Below, piece by piece: positions 23,838 through 34,441 of a stretch of 64,000 nt of DNA. This stretch comes from the human T2T-CHM13v2.0 reference genome, Homo sapiens. Positions within the stretch are counted from its first letter, which is position 1. Each line of letters opens with the position of its first letter. Location of the stretch: NCBI RefSeq assembly GCF_009914755.1, contig NC_060935.1. One strand, written 5' to 3'. The notes beneath the pieces were generated by a model. The model was not told where the DNA came from. It saw only the letters and a program-made list of their open reading frames with translations, and did no database searches. A program made the position numbers and the translations under genes.

Positions 23838-24764
23838 TGGTCCTCAGGAGTCTTTTGTGCCCCCGCTGGGGGCACAGGGAGTGGCATCCATGGCCCTGCA
23901 GGTGCCCTCTGGGTGCAGCCCCTGGACCACCCTTCCCAGCGGCGGGACCTCAGCCGGGTCTCAGCCCTCTGCACCTCAGGTCAGGCGTGCCTAATGCCTC
24001 CCCATACCTGAGGGCAGGCCCTGGGCTCCTGGCAGGGTGGACTAACTTGCTGAAAAGATGTCCATGTCCCTCATGGATGTGGTGAGGGTGATGCTGCACC
24101 CTCCACCGTGTGCCAGACAAGGGTCTGCAGACAGAGGGAACGTGCATGGGGAACCCACGTGTGGCGCCTTCCTCTTCCCCCAGAGGTGGGAGCTTCTCCA
24201 CGGTGGACCCTCATGGGGCTCCCACCTGGTGAGCCTAGACCAGCCTGCTGGCGAAGTCCCCTCCCCGGAGGGTCTCTGGAGGTGTCCAGGGAGGTGCCCA
24301 AAGGCAGAGGCTGCAGGTGGTCTGAGGAGGAGGGAGGAGGGAAGATGCGGTGTGAGGAGCTGGAGGGAGCCCCCAGCCTTCCCTGTGCACTCCTGGCCTA
24401 AGCAGAAGCTGAATCCCGGGGCTCATGCTGCCGGCGGTGCACTCAGGAGGCTGCTCTGAAGCCTCAAGCCAAGAGAGGGGCTTTGGTGATGGTGGCAGGG
24501 CCAGGGGGCCTCTCCAGGAGCCACTAACACAAGGGGAGGGGCAGATACAAGTGGCCACTTGCAAGGAGCGAGGCTGAGAGTCCCGAGGATGTTCTCAGAG
24601 TGCGAGAGAGATTGGCCACCGGAAGCTGCGCTGAAAGGCAGAGGGTCTCAGAGCAGCCCTTCCCTTTCCAGCCATCCCTCCTCCCCCAGGATCCACATGG
24701 GTCATGTTCTTAGTCCTGGGAGATGCATCAGGACCAGGCTCAGCAGTGGCGGCGTCAGCGGTGA

Positions 24765-24961
24765 GAGACACGGGAGAGAGAAGAGAGATAGAGAGAGACA
24801 GAGAGACAGGGAGAGACAGAGATGTAGACAGACATTGAGAGACAGAGACAGAGAGACAGAGACAGAGAGCTACAGAGAGATAGAGACAGAGATAGACACA
24901 GAGAAACAGAGATGAGACAGACTGTGTGTGTGTGAGAGAGAGAGAGACAGACAGAGAGAGA
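24765..24961. repeat. (GA)/(GAGACA)/(TG) microsatellite
   Basis: Seen directly. Confidence 0.9.
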
Positions 24962-26683
24962 GCCATCAAGCCGCCAACACACACCTGGAGCCCTCCCTGT
25001 CACATCTTTGCCTGGGCTGTGTCCCCTGCCCAGACAGCCCTGAATACCTCTCCCCTGACCCAGGTCCCACCCTACTTCAAGGTTTTGCTCCTTCTCAGGG
25101 GCCTGCAACCCCCTGCAGCTTCCTCCGACCCCCGTGAGCCCCCTGCCTCATGGCCGAGCATCCCCCGACACCTTCTTTGTGCTTGTCATTGCCCCTAGTC
25201 AGGGGGTGAGGAGTGCGGCTCGGGCCTTGGCTCCTGTGCCTTGCCGTGGCTGGGCACACGGTGATGGTGGCCTGTCCTCCGAGCCCAACCAGGGGCAGTG
25301 GGAGACCTCGGCCGGGCCCTGGCTTGTGGTGGTGAGTGTGGTGACTGGGGGTGGGGTGGTGGGGTGGAAACACACCTCCCCTCTCTGAGCCTCAATTTCC
25401 TCAAGGAGGAAACCAGACTCTCCTGGCTGTGCTCTGGCTCTGGCTCAGAGTCTGAGGCTGGGGGTGAGGCCGGCGCTCAGGCCCCCATGCTGGGGTGAGG
25501 TTAGGCTCTATTCCTGGAGAGAGAGTTACAGAGAGGAGTGGCCCGGCGGCAGGAGGGGGCATCTTCATTGTTATCAGAACAGGTTCACCTGCTCGGCCCG
25601 CTCCAGCGACGCCCTTGAGCTCTGGTGTCCACACATTTCAACTTAGCCGGAATTCCCACCCGCATCCCGCCCTGCCTTCCCTTCCCAAAGGAAATCCAAA
25701 CATCCCAGCCAGCCCCATCCACCGGGGAGCCAGGCTGAGAGCAGGGGCCACTGCGGAGGGCAGGGGAGGGTGCCAGTGCCTCACCTGGGGGGTGCAGTGG
25801 GGGCAGGCGGAGCCTTCTCACCTGTGACGAGGCTGCCCCCAGCTCTCTCAGGCCCTTCTGTGCTCAGACCAGCGCTCATTGCCTGGAGGCTCCTCCCGGT
25901 CCCTAAATCCTTTCATGTCCTCTGGGACCCAGCTGGCTGGACGGAGGGCACCCGGCCAGTTCCCTAGAAGTGACAGGGTGTGGCACTGTTCACAGAAATT
26001 GCAGGAATGAGCTAAAACAAAAAGTTGTCAGTGTGGGCAGGCCTTTCCTTCCTCCTCAGCCCCTCTGGCAGGGGAACTGAAGGCACCAGGTCAGTGCTTT
26101 CCACCCGCTCCCACCTCACCTGGTGCATGGAGGGGAGGGAGAAGGAGAATGGAGACCCTCTGTGCCCAGTGAGGCTGGGCCACATTCCGGGTACTCCACT
26201 GATGTTGGGCTGCTCCTGCTAGTCTTTGGTTGGCTGTGGGCACAGGGGGCCTAGAACTGTGGACAGGGGCCTGGCTGTGTGGCCTTGAGAGAATAACCCA
26301 ACCTCTCTGTGCCTTGGTTTCCCCCTCTCACTGGACTGACCGTTTATGGACAGCTCGAAGCCTGGGTTCCCAGGCTTGGGACTGGCTCTCCTAATGTGTC
26401 AGCCGACCACTGCGTCTGTGGGTGGTCTACAGGGGCGGCCCCCACCCCTTCCTAAGGAGACCCCCTCACTGTCCATCTGTTTGCCTCAGAGCCTGGGCTC
26501 CCAGCCGTTGACGGATTGTTTTCCGCATTTTGCTCTGCAGAACACTGGACAGTAAGATGTTCTTGATAAGAGAGTTTTTCCTTCCACGGACTGCGTTCCG
26601 CAGCTCCTGGGTGGGGTGCAGAGTGTGTCAGCTCAAGCCAGAAATTCGGTCGTAAAGATGCTGTTTCTCTTCACGTTTCTCAA

Positions 26684-27160
26684 ATGGACTTGGCTTCGGA
26701 AATCACTTCTGCAACACAAACCAGCAGCCTGTGCAGCTCTGGGCGGGGGCATGCCGGCTACCCAGCTCCCGGCATTGTTGCACATGGCTTTGAAACGCAC
26801 GGCACAGCTCGTGTGGCCCAGGGGCACCTCCTGCCACCCTGCCTGCTGCCTCCACCCCAGATGCCGGTCCTCGCTGCTCTCCGGGACCTCTCCCGGCGTG
26901 GCTCCACCTCCTCCTCGAGGTCACCGTCCAGGCCTGTTTCAACTAGCGCCTCCAAGCCTTGCTTACCTGCCTCCTGTTTGGGTGAAACTTGGAGCATCTC
27001 TATTAACTTAGTTGGTAGCTCCGGTCACCTGCAGTCACCAGGGGCCCAGAGGGACGCACAGAGGGAGACCGGCTGCCTGGGTCCCTCCTGGCTGCCTCAC
27101 CATCAGGGGCGGGATGAGGAGCTCAGCCTCAGCCACAGTGCGCAAGGTGAAGAGTTTTGA
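26684..27160 (+). other. MRGPRG-AS1: Putative 158-aa ORF of MRGPRG-AS1 (MDLASEITSATQ...); coding status doubtful
   Basis: ATG-initiated ORF (aaATGg) matching my recall of the uncharacterised C11orf36 protein. It is Ser/Pro/Gly-rich with no recognisable domain. Confidence 0.55.
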
Positions 27161-27704
27161 TCCCTCGTACATCCTCGAGCCAGGCAGGGCGCCCGGCTTC
27201 TATCCCAGGTAGCAGAGTCTCCTATCCCAGGTCTCCGACGGCGACCGCAACCCTTTGCCCGTGGAGGACTTCCCCTGTCTAAGGGCCATTGGGAGTGGGA
27301 TGGCCTAATTTCTGGGGTCGCTTTCTATTGGGCACTTCAAACAGTGCTGGGCAAGGGCAGTCGTTTGAGGCAGCTTGGAGTGAAGTTCTTAGGGAGGAGG
27401 TCCTGCGCAGCTCGGCCAGCCCCGGTCAGGCCCAGGCAGCCACCAACCCTGGTTTCTCCATCACCCCTGACCCCTCCCACAGCCCCTTCTCGTGTTTGCC
27501 CACCGTCTAGGCCATGCTTCCACTTTCTCACCTGGCTGGGTATCCCCTATGGGGCACGGGTGTCGGCCCCGCCGAGGCTGGGCTTTGGTCTGTCTTGTTC
27601 TCTCTGGGAGGGGTCTGGTGCGGGTGGAATACGTGGAGGGAGCCTCCGTGGGGGGAGCAACTGCTCCCGGTGTTGCAAGGAGGACAGAGCCAATGCCCGC
27701 CCCA

Positions 27705-28147
27705 TCGTGTCATGGCCGACGGTGGCCTCAGAAGATGTGTCCACGTCCCAGTCGCTGGAAGCTGTGCACGAGCTCTTCCTGGAGAAAAGGCCCTTGGCAG
27801 ATACAAGGATTTTGAGATGAGCTCGTCCTGGAGTATCTGTGTGGGCCCTAAATGCAATGACAAGTGTCCCTATACAGGAAAGGAGAGGAGGGACACTGGA
27901 GAGCAGGGGGAGGCCACGTGAGGTTGGAGGCCAGCAGGGGTTACACAGCCACAGGCCAAGGAGGGCCAGAGCCACCAGAAGCTGAAAGAGATGAGGAAGC
28001 ACCTTCCCCTGGAGCCCTCAGGGAGCGCGGCCCTGCTGCCACCTTGATCTCAGACTTCTGTCCTCTGTAACCAAGGGAATAAAGTCCTGCTGTGTGAAGC
28101 CATCCGGTTGTGGTTATTTGTTCCGGCTGCTGCAAGAAACGACTGCA
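27705..28147 (+). mobile_element. MLT1 (MaLR) solo LTR
   Basis: ggccctaaatgcaatgacaagtgtccctat...gccaccagaagctg...accttgatctcagacttctg...aataaa...ttgtggttatttgtt. Confidence 0.8.
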
Positions 28148-28844
28148 AAGCAGGTGGCACACTGGTACCGTTTAGGTGAGCGCTCTGCGTGAGTGCGTGC
28201 TGCTCCACTGGGCCTCAGGTGGTGCCGGTGCCATTCTAGGAGAGCGCTCTGAGTGAGTGCCGGCCACTCCACCCAGCCTCCCACGCGCCCCCACAGCGCC
28301 GTCTGAGACGGCGACCTTGTCATCCTTGCCTGCAGATGGGGAAACCAAGACGTCGGAAACTTAAATTGCTCGTCCAGGTGGTGCAGACGCCCAGGTGTGG
28401 TTTGTCTGAACACAGCTGTCCTGAGCTTGTCTGATGGTTTGAGCTGCGGGCTGGGGCTGCGTGGCGACTGTGCAGCTCACCCTACAGCAGCTCTGTGGCC
28501 CTGGGCAGTGTCCTAGTCTGAAAGTGTGGGCAATGATTTTATCACCTCGGATGTGTTGTGGGGACTCAGTGGTGATCTATGTGGGGGCTGGCTGGGGGCC
28601 ACTGAAGAGGCAGGAACAGTGCAGGATTCAGCCGGTTCGCCAGGAACCCGTCTCCATTCACGTGGTTTCCATGCCACCACCATCCTATCTGACCGCAGCC
28701 CAAGGGAGAACACAGGATTTCCCAGGTCCCCCAGGTCAGATGGAGAGTGGGGACTGAGTGTCCAGCAGGGTCCTGCGCACCCTCACCCCCATCTGTCTTC
28801 AGAGGAGCTCGACAGCGGGAGTGCTTTAATATAGGCATTATTAT

Positions 28845-29332
28845 TATTATTATTCAGATAGGTGAGGCCGCCAAGTCAGGAGATGCTGCCGTTGAAGAGA
28901 TGGTTGCTAACTCATAGCTCCCAGGAGGAGGGGAGGGTGACCCCATGGGGCCACATAGGGCAGTACTGGGTTGGTCAGGAGGCAGAGGGAGAGGGGAGGG
29001 GGAATGTGGATGGGAGCGTCCTCATAGTTTCTGGAGGAAGGAGTGGATGAGGCAGCCAGTATAAGTGGGTTTAGGGTTGGCAGCTGGAACAATTTCAGAG
29101 CTCTGGGTCCTAGAGCCTGTCCCTGGTGGTCTGGAATCTGGCCCTGGGGTGATGAGGGCAGGGATAGTGGCTGGGAGTGTGGGAGCTGGATAGAGGAGGG
29201 GCTGGGGGTGGGTCTGCATTTGAAAGGTGAGCTCATGAAGGCGTTGTCACTCTCTAGCAATTGACTGACCCTGGGAAGGGCCGTCTCTTGGGGTCTGCAA
29301 GGCCCCAGATGCCAAAGCTTCAGAACACAGAA
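28845..29332 (-). mobile_element. ERVL-type LTR (MER74-like)
   Basis: It ends with gcaaggccccagatgccaaagcttcagaacacag, the reverse complement of my recalled MER74-group 5' end. Confidence 0.6.
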
Positions 29333-30024
29333 AAGAAGATCCGGGTGGAACAGGGAGTACCAGGAGCTGTGGAGGCTGGTGGACTGGACCTGAGGCTGCC
29401 CTCCTTCTGCCTCCCTCCCTCCTTCCTCCCAGGTCGGAGTCTTGCGTGGCCTGGAGCTAGGGGCTCTCACAGGGCTGCTGCTCCCTCCTTCCACCAGGGG
29501 ACAGAGGATTCCGGGCTGGGAGCACCCAGCTTAGAAACCAGAGACCCTCGGTGGCGGCCAACACTGGGCTCTGCTGTGTCCGGCGGTGGCTTCTGACCGG
29601 CCCTCTCAGTCTCTCGAAGCCTCAGTTTTCCGCGGGTTACTTGGGAAGTTCATGTGACATTATGCATGTTACATGTGTGACCCAGCACCCAAGGCAGAGT
29701 AATGACTCGGAACGCACTGGCTCTGCTGCTAGTGAGATCCAATAGCTAAAAGAAAATCACCCCTTCATTAGAATAACCAGGTCTGACACGCTTCAGTGGC
29801 CACACATGGGGGTGGTGGGGAAGCGGGAGGCGGAATGGACAGGAAACCCCATGACCTTGGGAGCTGCCAGGAGCAGCCTCTCTCCAGCTGGGCATCGTGC
29901 GGGCACCGTCAGGGGGGATGGGGTGTGTTTCAGAGGAAAAGCATCAGGGCTGTGGAAGAATTGCGCGCTTTCATGAGAACAACAAAACTAAAGCCGTGGT
30001 CATGTTTTAAGTGTGATGTTTGGT

Positions 30025-30030
30025 TTTATT
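30025..30030 (-). terminator. MRGPRE: MRGPRE poly(A) signal AATAAA (3' UTR about 2.8 kb)
   Basis: Minus-strand AATAAA followed about 35 nt later by a T/GT-rich element (tttagttttgttgtt on minus). It is the first AATAAA I found after the stop codon. Confidence 0.65.
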
Positions 30031-32830
30031 TTTCCAGCGTGTGAGCTAATGAACTAGCTGAGGAGTGAGCCTGCCTCTCCCCGTGAAGACGCCATGCAGC
30101 GCAGGCTGATTTACAGACTCGTACCCGGGCGCTGGGGAGGGGATAGGGAAGCTGGCCGCAGGCCTGTCTCCGCTCCTGTCCTCACACACACAGTCCTCAC
30201 CCACAGCCTCCCTGGGCCCTGAGGACGGAGCGGGTTACACAGGCTCCCTGGAATGTTGGCTGCCCCCAGGAGTAGCCGCCTGTTCTTGGGAATTCTGTGC
30301 TGACCGAGGCAGCCCCGCAGGGGCCCGGGGTTGCGGGTGGATGGGGTGGGCTGGGCACTGACCGAGGAGCTTTGCCTGCGACCCAGGTGGAGGTGGCCTT
30401 TGAGCAGTGAGGCCCCAGGGTCCTGCAGGGTGGGGTCTAGGGCAGCCAGGGGTCCCTGGTGGGGCCTTGTGGCTCTGGGGGCAGAAGAGGAGGTGCAGCG
30501 GGGGAGGTCAGAGGAGGCGCAGGCTGGGCAGGGGCAGGTGGGAGCCTGGACGGAAGCTCAGCCTCCAGTTTGGAGGCCAGCCCACATGGTCCTAATGTCC
30601 TGAGGGCTCAAGGACCACAGAACTGGAGGCCAAGCTGGCACATCTGGGGCCAAGGGGATACCCCACCAGCATCCTGGGCCATCAGGCCATATACCTGCTG
30701 CCACAGCAGCTACTAGAGTGGGGACGAGCTGGGCCCAGTTTCCATGGAGACCTCAGATGAGGCCACATTTCCCGGACTCCTCGGGAAGGGGCTAATAAGG
30801 AGGAATCTAGAGCCACTCCAATCCCCTGGATGCTGAGAGCAGGCTCTCTGGGAAGAAGTGAGCATTCTAAGGGTCCGCAATCTCTCTGAACCCTTATGCA
30901 GCAAAGGGGTCTGCGTGGGGATGGGGCCAGGGTTGGGGGAGCCAGTGTGGGGCTGAGGACACCTGAGCCAGCCCTGGTCCAGTGAGGCGGAGCGTGTGGG
31001 GTGGGAGGGTGGTGCTGGGAGTCACCTTCTGGCTTTGCAGCTTTCCTGTGGTCCTGAACGGCCACATAGCCCCTCGGAGCCTTGGTGGCTCATCTGCAGA
31101 GTGGGAGCACCTTCCTACATTATTACGAGGATTCCCCGGGAACACGTCCACGGTGAGGTCATGTCCGTGAGATGAATCTGTGCTTTTCCTCCTGGTTCTT
31201 CCTTGTTCTGGGGGAAGTTTATGTCCTGGGGCTGAAAGTGGAATTTGTGGACAGGCCACTTCCCTTTCTGTTCTTGTTTCTCCAGCTGAGGAACTGAAGT
31301 TGCTAATCACGTCCTGGAGGTGGGGAGAGAGGGCCCTGTGCAGATCCTGGGCTGGAGATAATTTGGGAGGAGGTAAGTCCCCAAGTGGGGGCTGGAGGTG
31401 CTCTAGGAGAGGTGGGTCCAGCCCCTGGGGCTCCCAGTCTCAAGGGATACCTGGACCCAGGCCTGCTGGGCACGTGCGGGAGCCTGAGGTGAACGCACTG
31501 TGTGGGCTGGGAGGGGCCCGGTGCAGCCGGATTCCAGGGTGCTGACCAGGGATCTGCGACTCACACCCAGACTCAAGAGGGGCTGGTTCAGTCATGGTCC
31601 AGAGGGAATGTCCTTCCATCACCAGCCATGGAGGCCGGAGTCAGAAATCAAAGAAAACACTCTCAGATGCCTTGGTCTGTGGCTAAGAATTGCACTGTGG
31701 ACTTGGATGTGTGGCGTTGGTGGCAGTAGAATCGACAGACATTTCTCTTGGGCTCACGAGAGGCTGGACAGGCCTCAAAGCACTGGGTTCTCATATTTTA
31801 CAGACCAGCAAACAGAGGCGTAGGGATGTTCAGAGATGGCCTTGGCAGCACAGTGGGGTGGCTAGCGGGGCTCAGCCCAGGCTGTGGGCTCCAAAGCCCC
31901 CACTCTAGCACCCCTGGCACATGCTCCTGGATGGCAGCCAGGCCTGGCACTCAGCGGAAGCTCGGAAACCTGTTGAGGGGTGAAGCCTGGGTTCCTTCCT
32001 CAGAGGGATCCTCTGGAGCGGGACTTGCTCAGGACAGAGGCGGGTGAACTGCCTTGGATGGGGCCGGTGTGAAGCTTTCTGGTTGCTGAAGACCTGGGTC
32101 CTGTGGGGAGACAGGGCTGCAGGCTGCTGGGTGGGGCTGTAAGAAGCCTCTCCACCCACCCAGGGTGCACCCTCCTAATATCCAGGGACACCCATGGGGC
32201 CGGCTTTTCTGAAGCTCCGAGTGAGGGTTGCATCGTCCCGGTCTGAGGTGCACGGCCTTGAGCAACTGGCTGATGATCAAGGACGGGGAGGGGGTCAAGT
32301 TTTGGGCAGTCTTCCATTTTAGGGTCAATTTAGCTTCCACAGCGGGCACAAGGCGAGCTGAGGGGATGGTTGTGTTATCTGTGGGTGCACCTGCAGCATT
32401 GAGGAAGCTGGAGTGGGAGGGGAGGTGGCCTGCGGAAAGGCCTGGACCTGCCCCTCACCTGGCGTCTGGCCTTGCTTCCTTGCTTTCCGGGGTCTCCTCA
32501 CTGCAGCTGAGCAGGGAATGGGTAGCAGCAGCAGCTCTCGAGTGCCAGTGCGTGAACCGTTGGGGAGGTTTCCCAAAAATGCACGTTCCTCGGCCTTCTC
32601 CCCAGAGACCCGGCCCGCCTGCCTGGGCATGTAGAGACCTTGCCTTTCCAGCTGCCTCCCAGGGGAGCCTCATGCTCCAGATCAAGGGTCACAACTTTGA
32701 CAGCACATGACCGGGTCACCCACCAAGGCCTCCTCCAGGTCCGGCTGGCCCCAGCCTCTGACCCCACCACCTTCCCCAAGTCACCCTCTTGCCTCACGGG
32801 GGCTGCAGCTGGGGTCGGGGGCCCCAGGGC

Positions 32831-33769
32831 TCAGGCTGCTATGTCCACCAGGCCCCGGCGGGAGGTCTCCCTGACGGCCCCCAGCTCAGCCTCGTCTCCC
32901 AGCGCTCGCTGGAGGACCAGCCGGAGGGGCAGCCTGCGGCCCTGGGCACTGCCCAGGCAGAAGTAGACGACGGGCTTGGCCGCGCAGTGCACGGCGGCCA
33001 TGAGGAAGCTGAAGTGGTAGAAGTAGTGGGGGATGTACCAGAGCAGGTTCCGGGACAGCCAGTAGATGCCGAAGGGCAGGCCGCAGAAGAGGAAGAGGAG
33101 GACGGTGAGGAGGATGAGCCCAGGGAAGCCCCGGGGTGGGGGCCGCTGGGGGCCTCGCTCCACCCGCAGCAGCAGCATAAGGCTGGCCCCACACATGGTG
33201 CAACACAGCAGAGCCAGCAGCACCGCTGCCACCAGCCACAGCGTCCGGCACAAGTGGCGGCTGGGCTCCCCGAAGAACTGGGTGCAGGCGCTGCTGAGCA
33301 GCAGGTGCAGCAGCAGGCAGAGGGCCCAGGTGAGGGCGCACACACAGGTGGTCAGGTGGCGTGGGCGGCGGCACGAGTACCAGGCTGGGAAGAGGGCGGC
33401 CAGGCACTGCTCCACGCTGACGGCCGCCAGGAGACTCAGGCCCACGATGTAGCAGAAGAAGCGCAGCGTTGCCAGGCTGGTCTGCACGAAGCCCGGGAAG
33501 TCCAGCCGGCCTTGCAGCAAGTCGGGGACGATGGCCACCATGTGGCAGCCAAGGAAGATGAGATCCGCGCAGGCCACGTCCAGGAGGTAGATGGCGAAGG
33601 GGTTTCTGTAGACATTGGAGCTGAGCAGCCAGAGGACTGCCCCATTCCCCAGCAGCCCACCGAGGCCGAGCCCCTCGGTGAGGGACAGGATGATGAGGTT
33701 GAAGGCCACATCCTCCTGGGCGCTGTTGGCGGCCCCCACGTGCTGTCCAGCTTCTCTGGGCTCCATCAT
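32831..33769 (-). CDS. MRGPRE: Mas-related G protein-coupled receptor member E, 312 aa, single coding exon
   Basis: The ORF MMEPREAGQH...GLVDIAA* is 939 nt with seven TM segments and the motifs GNGAVLW, AIYLLDVACAD, SVEQC, CRRPRHL, CGLPFGI, KPVVY and LQRAL. Confidence 0.98.
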   Translation of the reverse strand: MMEPREAGQHVGAANSAQEDVAFNLIILSLTEGLGLGGLLGNGAVLWLLSSNVYRNPFAIYLLDVACADLIFLGCHMVAIVPDLLQGRLDFPGFVQTSLATLRFFCYIVGLSLLAAVSVEQCLAALFPAWYSCRRPRHLTTCVCALTWALCLLLHLLLSSACTQFFGEPSRHLCRTLWLVAAVLLALLCCTMCGASLMLLLRVERGPQRPPPRGFPGLILLTVLLFLFCGLPFGIYWLSRNLLWYIPHYFYHFSFLMAAVHCAAKPVVYFCLGSAQGRRLPLRLVLQRALGDEAELGAVRETSRRGLVDIAA

Positions 33770-33830
33770 GGGGCGGGGGGCCAGGGGATGCTGCAGGAGT
33801 GTGTTCTGCTCGCTCTCTCTCCTGATGCCC

Positions 33831-33850
33831 CTGTAAACCACAACAGTTGA
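33831..33850 (-). promoter_or_regulatory. MRGPRE: Splice acceptor of the MRGPRE coding exon (exon begins 33830)
   Basis: The minus strand reads ctgttgtggtttaCAG|GGGCATC, 61 nt upstream of the ATG. A second CAG at 33791-33793 is an alternative acceptor. Confidence 0.6.
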
Positions 33851-34168
33851 GTCTGGGGCTCAGGAATCCATGCCCCCTGCTCCTCCCCACATCAGGGGAG
33901 ATGAGAGTTGGGTGGGTGACCAAGGGAATGGTGAGACCCTCCAGGAGGAGACCCCTCTCTCATTTCCACCCTCAGCCACCTGACCTAAGCTTCTCTTCCC
34001 TAAGACACTCAGGAGGAAGGTGTCCCCATTCCTCCCCTCCCCATGGTTACCTGGCCTCAAGAGCCTTCCGTGGGGCTGGTCCCTGTACGCCAGGTGGGGG
34101 CAGGGACCAGGAGATGTGGGGAGAGGGTCTGAGACCCATGGGGCTCCCTGTTGCTAGTGGTGCCTTGA

Positions 34169-34441
<273 letters not shown>

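Larger units (their letters stand above)
23300..28105 (+). ncRNA. MRGPRG-AS1: MRGPRG antisense RNA 1 locus (formerly C11orf36); extent approximate
   Basis: It contains the 158-codon ORF I recognise as the putative C11orf36 product, plus a plus-strand AATAAA at 28078-28083. The 5' boundary comes from recalled annotation and is not visible in the sequence. Confidence 0.65.

Noticed and set aside
22809-24085. Alternative-frame and antisense ORFs over MRGPRG, and the 352-aa version of the CDS
   Set aside because: These are shadow ORFs of a GC-rich CDS. The 352-aa call starts at a non-ATG codon upstream of the splice acceptor.
32789-33923. 353-aa antisense and 345-aa alternative-frame ORFs over MRGPRE, and the 336-aa extension
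   Set aside because: These are shadow ORFs. The extension starts at a non-ATG codon inside the intron.
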